NCBI GenBank assembly: GCA_026770705.1
Contig: JANJGN010000034.1
Span: forward strand, 4,712,001 to 4,776,000
Source of the DNA: Isurus oxyrinchus
Lineage: Eukaryota
DNA: 64,000 bases
Direction of reading: 5' to 3'
Below the pieces are notes generated by a model that had not been told where the DNA came from, did no database searches, and saw nothing but the letters and a program-made list of their open reading frames with translations. Made by a program: the position numbers and the translations under genes. This document shows positions 41,100 through 52,030 of this stretch, piece by piece (position 1 is the stretch's first letter; each line of letters starts with the position of its first letter).

Positions 41100-42340
41100 C
41101 TAGAAGTTAAATGTCATTGAAAAGGCATCCGAGGTAGCCGTAATCGCATGACAGTAGTTCACATGCAGCTTGGGAGAGAGAAAGAGGGGCAGTTTAGCAC
41201 AGGGTAGTGTTTTAAACTTGAATCAGGACATAAGTGAGGGCATAGCACAGAACTGGCTAAAATGAACTTGCATATCAGGAAAGCAGTCCAAATAAGTAGA
41301 GCTGGAGTGGCAAAAAATCAAGGAGATATTTCAAAATATTCACAAAAAAATCATTATCCCAGTGAGACGTAAATGCTCCAAGATAGGAATGCATCTTAGG
41401 TGCTAAATTATGGAAGTTAATATCAGTATGAAAATGAAAGGAAACGCGTTTAATTACATGAACATGAGAGCAGGATAAATGTTTGGGCAGAAAGTAAACA
41501 GCAGCAAAGAATGGCGGAGAGCGCTCATTACGAAGATGAAAATAATAATGATAGAAGGTTATGTAGGAATAATTTAAGAAGCACAGAAGACCGAGTTTCT
41601 ACTGTTTTTAAAGGAACACAAAAGAACAGTTTAAGTAAATGATTTTCGGTCCTCGAAATAGTGAGACTGGCGAATTCCTTATGGACGGTAACGAAGCTGT
41701 AGAAGAACAGAATAGTTATTTTGTCTCTGGCAACACTGTAAATGATGAAAAAATATCCAAAAAAAATTGGTCAAGTATATTCTGGCAATTTTCCAGTAAA
41801 TTAAAAATAACCAAATCTTAACCCCTCTGTTCATGAAAGAAAGGTGGCATGAAACAGGGGATTACAGGTCAGTTAGCCTAATATCAATTGCAATGAAATA
41901 TCTGAGACATACTAATAAGGTGCTTATGCCGTGGCACTTCTGTATTCTGAGTTCAATAAGGCGGAATCAACACTGGTTCAATCAAGTAATCTATTTGCAG
42001 CATCAAGGATCCTCTTGGGCTTTGACAATGTGGATGCCAAAAGATTGCTTACCCCTTTTCATGAGGCTATAACAAAGGGCCCCAATTATCAACTAGGGCG
42101 TTCCCATTTAAGACATAGGGTTATACGCCACTGTAACCTTCTTCCCTGGATGAGGTTCATTGGAGAGTTGTAATGTAGAAGAAGATAAGTTATTGACTGA
42201 TAAAGGAATCAATGTTTTTTGGAGCTAGAAGTATATGGAGTTGAGGCCACAATCAGATCGGACACAATCTTTTTGAAAAGTGGGGCAGTCTGGAGAGGCT
42301 TAATTGCCTTTCCAGCATAGAAAATGTAAATTCGTACGGA
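41100..42340 (+). mobile_element. Degraded CR1 LINE
   Basis: ORF 41833 ETGDYRSVSLIS (NYRPVSLTS-like); CR1-like 3' end near 42240-42320. Confidence 0.7.
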
Positions 42341-42765
42341 TGCTCGTATGAGCCAGGCGATTAGGTTTTCTGCATATCTTACTCAGAGAGAAACATTTGT
42401 TAACAGCCAAATTAGGTAGATGAATGCCATCAGCCAGGATATTCGTGACAATTAAACATCAGCTATGAAAAAAAAATGAACCAAACGGGAGCTGCTTTAA
42501 ACTTCAGAGACGTGGATTGACCGAAACTGTGCAACATCATGCGAAATGAAAACAACTAAGGACCTTTGCTTAAGAGTTTTCACTCAGCTTGATTAACCAA
42601 CCTTCTTCCTTTAATACAAAATAAATTCAAAGAGATAGTGAAAGGTACAGACAAATAGTTACGTGCATTCCATCATTAATGATTTTGCTCTCTTTCATAA
42701 GAATCGCTTGTTTAGATTTTGACAGACAATAGCCATGATTAAATAAAATAATGACTTTTGTTTAG

Positions 42766-42792
42766 ACTTCGAAAGTAAACTCCTGGTTGATG
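42766..42792 (+). CDS. Candidate 27-nt exon: DFESKLLVD
   Basis: cttttgtttag acceptor; GATG|gtgagt consensus donor; exact 27-nt phase 1-1 size, divergent peptide. Confidence 0.6.
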
Positions 42793-43177
42793 GTGAGTAG
42801 AAGAAATCACGAAATGTTGCCTTAGAGAACAGGTACATTCATTACACTATTTATCACAGGCTTGAATGGACCATATATCTTTAGATGAAATATAAAATGA
42901 ATGACGTACTCACTGTATGCATGGCATTAAGTCTTAAATTTATGTACACCACCAGCTGGTACACTGGTCGAGAATGTATTTTAGAGAGAACTATATAAGC
43001 ACATGAAGCAGAAATCAGTTAAATATCGGATGCATGGATGCTCACATATGCAGCTGCAATATAAGCAGAAAGCATGACTATTTTATTCAGGTGTGGCAGA
43101 TCTTCGCATTGTTAACTTGTGCATAATGACTGCAATAGTATTTTCCGTAAATGCCTTCCCCTCCTTTTACGTGACAG

Positions 43178-43204
43178 GAGCTGAACTAAGTGAAAAAAAT
43201 GCAG
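43178..43204 (+). CDS. Coiled-coil microexon B (27 nt): GAELSEKNA
   Basis: ccttcccctccttttacgtgacag acceptor; GCAG|gtacaa donor; L at position 4 and K-N as in the exon at 49861. Confidence 0.75.
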
Positions 43205-46200
43205 GTACAAGATTCAAATCCTGCCTGGTGGCTTCAGGGTTAACGTGGAATGTTCTGGGGCACAAGTCAGTCTTGTGGAATTGAACATGCTGCTATTATG
43301 CAACTCATTGAACAGCTAGTTCTACACCGCCAATAGATGTGACTGACTTCGACAGAGCAATTATGTAAGGAGCTAAACAGGAGTGTTTGTAGGGGAATTC
43401 GAGAAGGCCTCAGTAGGTGCTGGTAACGGATTTGGCAAAAAAAATGTCTTTGCCCACCGCAAAGAATTCGGACTTAAGTTGCGCCTTAAATGAGGATTCG
43501 GAGATGGAGAGGGGTTGAGGTTTACAGAGATAACTCAAGGGCTGAGCATGTAGGCAGCTGAAACGAACAGAATGTGTTAATGCCTCTAGAGACCAAATTT
43601 GGAGCAGCCCAGAAATCTCTTCGGACTTTGGGAACGTGGGAGCCTTGATTATGGGGAAAGGGTCAGGACATGGATCGATCCAAAAGATTCAACGGGGATA
43701 AATCTCTAGTCGTATTTTTTTTTCACCTTGGGAATGAAACAAATTCAAAGGGATTGATTATTTGAAGGCCGGGAAAACAACCCTCGATATAATACGGCCA
43801 GTTTTCCAGTCCTGGCCAAGAACTTTAATCTTAAACCCACATTTCAGAGTGTAACAGTTCAAGTTGACTGAATTCTCCAACTGGTGCTGACAATTACCGA
43901 TTACCCCGAGTGGCACATAGATGCATGGGGTGATTCCACAATGAGAGTAAACACAGAGATAATTAGACTGTGATGTCGTCCAGCACTCCATATTATAATA
44001 AATCAGCGTGCAGCTCGTAAAATTATATAACCCTTGACTTTGCAAGGAAGCTTGCGGCTGGATGCGCTTGTGTCACCAAAACTTGTTGAACAGGTAGAGA
44101 GGAGAAAAAAATATCAATGGAATTGATGCATTTAGGAGTGATGTACATAATGCGAGGATCTGGAATATATTCTTGAACTATACAAAGCCTGAATAAGCTG
44201 TATGTATATTTCTTCAAGCCCAAGCTTAGGAAGGTCATTTAGGCTTTTGGGGAGACTACCATTTAGTTTCACTAGCGTCAAGACTGGATGCCATGGATAA
44301 GTTGTGATGAGGCAAAAATTCAATTGTTTTCTATAACCAATAATAGGAAGGTGGCAACTTTGAGGAGATGAAGGAAAGGGATATGTTGAATCCGAAAAAG
44401 AAATATAACTGTCAAAAATTTTGCTGCACGCTATTATCACAGCATGACCAACATCAGCTTAATGATGGTAGACATGCTTCTCACCTGCAAACTAGATTAG
44501 AGAATCGATTGGATTTTTTACAAGAATCAGATAATTTATGCTCATGAGTACAGTTTTGCGAATGTATGCCTTTTAAGGTCATATGCCTTTTAATGGGGCG
44601 GTATTCAAATTCATGGTCTGCAACTACATGACATCTATAATGCCCTTACCAATAATTATCATAATTAGCTGGAGGCCTGCATAAGCTACATAAAATAAGC
44701 AATGAATTCCGTGGGCCATCCACTAACTCTTTGACTCTCTCTCTGGAAAGGCAGAAATTTATTGTTCATTTATCAGTTCCACTTGAGAAAGGAATCATTG
44801 TTCTCTGAGTTAACCTGGTGCATTTTCTGTGAAACAGAGCCAGTACCCTGCTGTGGCTTGATAGAGTGGCGGGAAAGAAAGAGCATATATTTACGTGCAG
44901 CAGCATGGTGTGTGTTTGAGAAATGTAGGGCAAGGAGGAGTTCATGATATCCCCACTGCATCTGGTGAACCTTCACTTCTTACTGCTGCACGTCACATTT
45001 TAGAGCTGTTGTTGATGATACCGTGCATGGCTCATTCACTCCAGCCTGCTGAGAGCGGACAAGTTGCATTGTGGGCTCAGCTTCTGGATGGAATTTGACC
45101 GATCATATCAGGTAAGAATACCTCGCACCACGTTCATATTCTGCTTGTCTGAAAAGTATGAGGAAGCTGTGGGAAATGCTTCTCCCAGATGTTCACCTTT
45201 GAATAGATTCGACAACCAAATTGATTTTATTCTGAGAAAGCTAATTGCAGGACTGAATGGCGTAAATTAAAATAGCAACCATGATTATGACACGTAATCA
45301 ACCCGATGAAGCATTAAATGACATTACATTGATGAAAGAATTATCAGGACAGAAACAAGGATCGAAACAAATACTCATGCCCGGATATTTAACAGAGGTG
45401 AGATAAATCATTGTTAGGAAACGTGCTTCCCACCCACCGCCCAACCCCCCACTATCCATTTCATCATGAAATCTGACGAACTTTTATGAAGTACTCAGAT
45501 CTCCAACCAGAAATGCGGCACCACCTTTGGGACTCACATTCCTGGATGCAGAGAACAATATCTATTCACCTAATTATACACGCCCCTACTACAGCCACCA
45601 TTTTTTTTTTTTGCACATCCCACTTGAATGACAGCCTCCACTATGGTTACGCAGTCAGCTTGCTCAGAAACCATGCAATTCCTGTTCTCCACACAAGCTG
45701 AAATAACTTTGATGCTTTGGCACAAATGCAAGGCTGGAGGCTACTCTTTTGTCTTTCTCACGGGTGCCCAAATGTGTCAGACTCGAACCAATGAACCTCT
45801 GTGCCTGACTACGGTCAGAAGCAAAAACACCCAGCCTAATGTTGTGACCAATTTCTGGAAACAAATGTCCAGGCAACTTTCCCTTTGGCGGATGCAGTGC
45901 ATGACCAGAGCTCGGATTCTAGATCATCAACTCAGACCCGAAGTTTCTCAATCTGCAGTCGATCCTGGATATGTTTCTTTTTGGACGTGAATCGCCCTCA
46001 TGCACACCAGTTTCCCCCTAATAATGCTGCAAGGCATCGTCGGCCCTTCCATCCTTATTCTCTTTCATTTATATAATTAGGTTTCAGGTTTAGAAATATC
46101 ATGCAAATTTTATACGCATTTAGATCATGAAGCTCAACTTGGAAAGCTATAAATTTGGAGGTTTCAGCTAATTGTGCATGGTTAGAGCCAAAAAATGGTA

Positions 46201-46596
46201 AAAAATCACCTTCAAATCATCTACGGAGGTTGGACAATCAAGCATTGGAGTTGTCCAAATGGATCTAAACAAATGTTTTGACGACTTGTAGAAACAATGT
46301 ATCGAAAAATTGGGTAACTCTTTCACCACGTAATTTTAACGCCTTTTAATTAACAACAGTAAGCATTACTGGTTTACATTAAGTTTTTTTTTCACAAGGG
46401 CTTGCAAACATGGGTCCAGCTAATGGAAAAAAAGTTAGAAAAGTCAATTTGGATAGCATCGAAAGGCGAATTGAATGCATTCGTGAATGAAAGGGAAATT
46501 GCAATGTTATGGTGAAAGAGCAGAGGCTGGAAAACACTGACAAAGTGTTCCAAAATATTTTTTACATTTTACTTTATTGTACACTCTTCTCCTTTG

Positions 46597-46632
46597 AAAT
46601 TATGAATCTGAAGAAAAGCCTTCAAGCTGCAG
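46597..46632 (+). other. A-type 36-nt module with non-canonical TG acceptor (pseudo-exon or TG-acceptor exon): EIMNLKKSLQAA
   Basis: ctcttctcctttg|AAATTATGAATCTGAAGAAAAGCCTTCAAGCTGCAG|gttgaa; clearly homologous to the exon at 21809 (CTGAAGAAGAGACTTCAAG vs CTGAAGAAAAGCCTTCAAG). Confidence 0.65.
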
Positions 46633-46949
46633 GTTGAAAAGTTATAAGATTGATTTTTAATATTTAAGTTTTCCACAAATGCTTTGAGGCTACCTCAGAA
46701 CTGTTTTCTAACGCATATTAACCTCTCGAACTCGTTGCCACCGAATGGGTTGATGATGATAATTGAATTATATCTTTAAGGGAATTTGGGAAAGTATTTA
46801 AGAGAGAAAGGTATAGAAGTTTTGTTGAGAGCGTTAGATGAATACCTTGCAGATCACAAGAACTTGCAGACTCCCAATGTACCGAATAGTTTCGTTCCAC
46901 ATTATAGATGTGTTTTGATGCTATATCATGTGTTTTTGTGAACAAGTGT

Positions 46950-47560
46950 GCTGTTAATATGTTATCAATTCACGGATTTGGTGCGTCTGGTTGGCGGTCA
47001 TGTTTATTGTCCGCTTCAAACCTCCATTAGGAAGTTGGTGGTGATCCACCAGTTTGAAACTTCACTGTTCTTTTTGTGTACCTAAGCATTGTTCCATTAG
47101 TTACAAGATCAATTAATATCACACAGGCAGCCTGACGGAACAGGGACACATTTTCAATTTGGAATGAACTGTGATTTGGATGTTATTCCCTTCCGCCTGT
47201 TTTCCTTCTTGTTCAATGTTTTCAGATTTGTTAGTTTTCGACAATTCTGATGAATAAGTTTCTGCCTGTCGTTATAGTGAGTCTTTTAAACAAGCAGTGG
47301 GCCCATGAGGTATCGGTTACAGAGAATTTGGGAGTGAAGAATGATTGAACTCATGGGTGAAGAGCCAAACCATCTGCTTGTTTGTCATGGATGGAGATGA
47401 GCTAGTTCATTGCTGTTGCAGTTGCACTCACCAAGACATGTGGGGATTATGCCAAAGCTGACATGACTTGCATGCTGTAAATGGCAGACATTGTTTTCTG
47501 GAGCCAGTAACAGAATAGAACATCACAGAATACCAAAATACCGAAAATCTGTGCTGCCCT
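46950..47560 (-). mobile_element. LINE family 3' fragment, antisense
   Basis: Begins with reverse complement of the family tail (tttattg...aggaagttggtggtgatcc). Confidence 0.55.
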
Positions 47561-47667
47561 TTCAAGCACTGTACTTTTAAAGCATACTTATACTAATTAT
47601 TTTGGAGGCTGGGTGCCAAACGGCTCTTATGCCACTAAGAATCAAAGGCGACGGGGGGTGCAAAGGC

Positions 47668-47855
47668 TCTTCTCTTTCTCTCTCTCTCTCTCTACCTCTT
47701 CCTCTCTCCCTCTATCTCACCCCAGCTCACCGCTCCACCACCCCCCCCACTCACCGACTCCCCGCCACCACGACCCACCCCCCACACACCCCCACCAGCC
47801 CAACCGCCCCCCCCACCCCATCCCCGCCCCCCTCCCCCACCGCCAACCGCCCCAG
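47668..47855. repeat. (CT)n followed by C-rich low-complexity tract
   Basis: Direct reading; many C3-C7 runs. Confidence 0.9.
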
Positions 47856-48629
47856 CTTATGTCGGCTTAGAAATATAAATGTCTAAAGAAAAAATTCATG
47901 GGTAACCCTACCGTTTTCTTTTCCGACTATGGCCTTGGTATATTACATGCAAATTCGAGAATGCATATATGATCACAGGTTATGCTGCCGCCCATGAAAA
48001 ATTGGCAGAGTTCCTTCACTAAATGGGATTTTTTTAAAGAAAAAATTGACATTCCAATAGTATTCATTACTGGTGCTGGCTTTCCGGCTTCAGATTTTTC
48101 TGGTTGATTAAACATGTGTTGCCACAGCTACAGTAGTGGGATTGTACAGATACATCTGCAACTTTCGTCCAGTTCTCTGTATTATAGGCCAGTGACATTT
48201 CATCTATGTTTCTGATTGTTATAAGTCAATTTGTGCACCTCAAATCTTTGCAAATCAGATGCATGCGAAGGTACAGACTCTTGATTATGCTGGCTTACAC
48301 TGCCTCAAAGCTGCATCATTGTGCAACTATATTAGGACAAGTTCATCAATTTCGCGATGGTTGGAAAAGTAGATAAATGGAGCACAACAAGAAAGAAACT
48401 ACAGAATATGAAGCTAATGATTATGAGGCATCAAAATGACAACCACAATAAGAGAAAATGCAATGACATTAACATGCACAATTAGTTTAACTGTATGTGT
48501 GCAAAAACTACAGTCGCTAAGGCCCGCAGAAGCCAACCAAGCAAACAGGAAATGCATCTGTGGAAATTTCGGTGAAAACCACAAACATGAGACCAACAGA
48601 GTCTTTTCTGTATACATTCAAGGGATGTG

Positions 48630-49200
48630 TTGGCTGGACCAGCATTTATTACCCATCACTGAATTATTTTATGAAGAGCTGAATGTTGAACCCCTTCAGG
48701 CCATATGGTGTCGGTGCGATCAGAATGCTGTTAAGAAGGGTGATTGAGGATTTAGGCCAAGCGACAGGGTAATAACGGGATACCTCTCCAAAACGGCTTG
48801 TTGAGTGCCATGGAGGGAATTTTCGAAATGGTGGCCTTTCCATGCCTCTGTTTGTCCTTATCCTTTGAGATGGAAGTGCCATTTTGTTTGGAAAGTGTTG
48901 TTTAATGAGTCTTGATGTGTCTCTGCAGTGCACCTTGTAAACTGAATTCACTACTGCCAATGTTGGTCGGTGATAGAGCGGGGGAATGTAGGTGGTTATG
49001 GTACTAATCAAGCCAGCTGCATTGTCCTGGATGGTGGCAAGTGTTCTAATGCTGTTGGAGCTGCATAGATTCAGGCAAGGCGAGGGTATCCCAGCAAATT
49101 CTGCACTTGTGCCTAATAGGTTGTGTTCAGGCATTAGAGAGGCCTAGGTGAGTTACGTATCTCAGGAATTCTCTGCTCCTACCTGGCTCTTGAAATGAAT
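48630..49200 (-). mobile_element. LINE family 3' fragment, antisense
   Basis: ORF 48664-49134 IRTLATIQDNAAGLI..LYHRPTLAVV..YKVHC is the ORF2 C-terminus of the family. Confidence 0.75.
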
Positions 49201-49860
49201 GCATGTATATGACACGTTACGCATGGCATAGGAAACTTTCTGCTGATTGCCTCTTAATGCACAACCGCAGCTGATGTGTCTGTACTCCTCCATCTTAAAC
49301 ATTACTTTGAGGAAACACTGAGGAAGTTATGCGTGCACACGTTACTTTGGCTGGGGAATTCAAGTTCTACTACCAAGACTTACTCTTGTAGCACAGCTAA
49401 TAGAAGGGCTCGCTGAGGGCTAAAGGGCATAGCTGCTAATTTGTGCCTACCACAGGTGGAGTTTATCAGAAGTTAAGTTCCTTCTTCCCCACATTGGAGA
49501 AATGGTTGTCCAAGAAGTCACTTTCTAATTTTCTTTTTGAAAGTTATTACAGACAACGTATTTCACATCATGGGAAATATGAGCATTAAAATCAATCCTT
49601 ATACCTTACTTTGTGACATTATTAATCTACTGAAATATGTTTCAACCAATACCAATAGACGTGATCTCTGAAACCGATTCACATTCTATGTTCCCTGCTG
49701 AGTTTGATGAGATTGGCCTGAACGTTTAATTAATTGCAATATTACCTCAAAGAGGAAGCTGCATATATTTAAGAGGAACGAAATGAAAACATACAGGTAA
49801 GATTTATAATCGAATTATTAGCGAATCTACGTTAAGCCATGTGTATTTTCATTCTAACAG

Positions 49861-49887
49861 AGGAGCAGCTACGCAAGAAAAATATTG
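49861..49887 (+). CDS. Coiled-coil microexon B (27 nt): EEQLRKKNI
   Basis: ttttcattctaacag acceptor; ATTG|gtaaga donor. Confidence 0.85.
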
Positions 49888-51149
49888 GTAAGAGCCTAGA
49901 ATATATATGTGTCTGTCATGCATCCACATATGCCAGTGGAGTGCAAAGGAAAACAGAGTAAAATATATTCCTCCTTCTTGGACCAAAAGCCGAACGTTTA
50001 AATACTTTGGAAATCAGAGATCCAACAGCACTCACTCGGTATAAGTCCAAGCATTCTAAATGAATATTTAAGAACATATGGTCAATGACAGTCAAGGAAA
50101 GAAATAACGATTTGTCACATGCAAAATCTACTAATGAATTGAGATAACCTATTCATCACGACATAATGATTCCCTACCCCACGCCAACGCCTCCCCACGC
50201 CCGACCCCCCACCGCTCAGAGAAACTAATCTCCTGGGAGATGAGATTTAAAAAAATGAAATAATATAAAACTGAGGTTAATTTTCAATGCAACATTTGGA
50301 AAATTACCTTCAAGCCATCTTGGTACTCCAAAATTGCTCTACATTTGCATAACATAAAACACTGCAGTAGAAGGTGATGTCCTCCAGAGGGCAATATTTT
50401 CAGCACTGTATAGAACCAATTGAGCAATTCGATTTCAATCTACTCAAGATTGGGAGCAGTTTGCCGGACCACCCATTCTCTTACTAAGCAAGTACTACGT
50501 CTGGATAGCAATCATAATCCTTTGTAAAGAATACAATTGTAACCTTTGGCCTCACTGAAACGTTTAATTATACCAAAATGTTAACTGATGCATTTTGTTC
50601 CTTTATCATCATACTACACACATCATTAAAATTTGTGCAAATGGGAACAGTGTGTTTATTACCAAACACAGCGTATGTTATGACGGATGAACTGGGAGTA
50701 CTAATAACCATATCTAGAGACACGCGGGTAATTCAGAGGTTCGTGGACCATTTTGCAGATAGTCAAAGGGGCAGTCGATGGCAGATAGAGGAAGATTATT
50801 TGACTCTCACGCTTGGCCGACAGCCAACGGAAACCACGCAACAGAAACGGCTAATGCGCAAGAGGGAATTGATGAGAGCACGGATATTGCATCTGAGATT
50901 TAGATGAGCTGAGATCATAGGGACTATAACAACATTCGAATACTCGGGTTACTTTTTTTCCCTGAATATTTAGCAAGGCATCAATCTGTAAAGTAACAGC
51001 AGACAACAATTCTAATATTACCACTGATTCGTAAGAGTGGATCCAATGGGCTGAAGGCTGGCCCAAGCTGACCAGCAGTGCTTTTGGATACTGACCATGA
51101 TTCAACATTAATAGTTCCAATTCAGCATAGTGTATGACATGGAGGTTTA

Positions 51150-52030
51150 ACAATACCTGGTTGTGTTTCGAAGCACCTGCTGATATCGTCCTTATGTGCA
51201 GTCGAGTTCCCGAGAATCGAATGTGTCAACAAGCAAATCACACAGCTCCTGATTTGCTCTTCAATCTGCTCCTTTAGTTACGGTGTCCATAGTGAATCAG
51301 CCAAACTCCTGATGTTGGAGGATTTTGCAACGTTTGTGCTGTTGAAGGTCACCTAGTCGTGATTAGATTCTCTCTTGATGGACATCACCATTGCCTGGTA
51401 CTTGTGCGTCGATAATATTACTTCTCCGTTTCAGAGTAGGCCTTAAATATGCACAGGTCTCTTACATATGTGCCTGAACGGTTTCTGCATGAGGGATTAC
51501 AAAGATTGCTGAGGTTTGCGTAATCAGGTGCCCAAGTCTTATTGCTCGCTGGAAGCAATGTCATTGACGCAACATTTGCTAAACGTTATGCCTGGGAAAC
51601 AAATTTTGGTAACTCCTGCACCGACGTGCAGCGTTTCGGATGATTGGCCTATAACAATTGGAGGCATTTTCTGGGTTAGTGCTTGATAGCTGAGAGATTT
51701 TGCCAGATTGCCATTTGTCTAAATTTTCCTGTAGCCATTGATCTCAGACTGTGGGAAAGATTTCAATGACATGAAGAGAAATATTCTTCCCCTCAGTTTG
51801 TGAATTAAGCTGCTTTGTCTATTTTTCAATTTAGACTGTATTGAGACCTGCAATTGCAAGGCCGACAGAGGCCAAACTGACCAGTAATGTGATGGCTTTC
51901 ATGTCGCTGTATGGAAGTGTTGGCAAAACATTACACAGCTTTTCTGATGACAGAATGTAGGCCCATTAGTGGCAAATGGCCGGGTTTGATTTTTTTCTGT
52001 TATTCATGAACTTAACCTCTGTTAGCTCCA
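51150..52030 (-). mobile_element. LINE family RT fragment, antisense
   Basis: Colinear with the copy at 59900-60720. Confidence 0.55.

Noticed and set aside
47602-47886. Pro-rich ORFs
   Set aside because: Translation of CT/C-rich low-complexity DNA
49774-49796. Segment before strong donor CAG|gtaaga at 49796
   Set aside because: Available acceptors give non-multiple-of-3 lengths or in-frame stops, and the intron to 49861 would be only 64 nt
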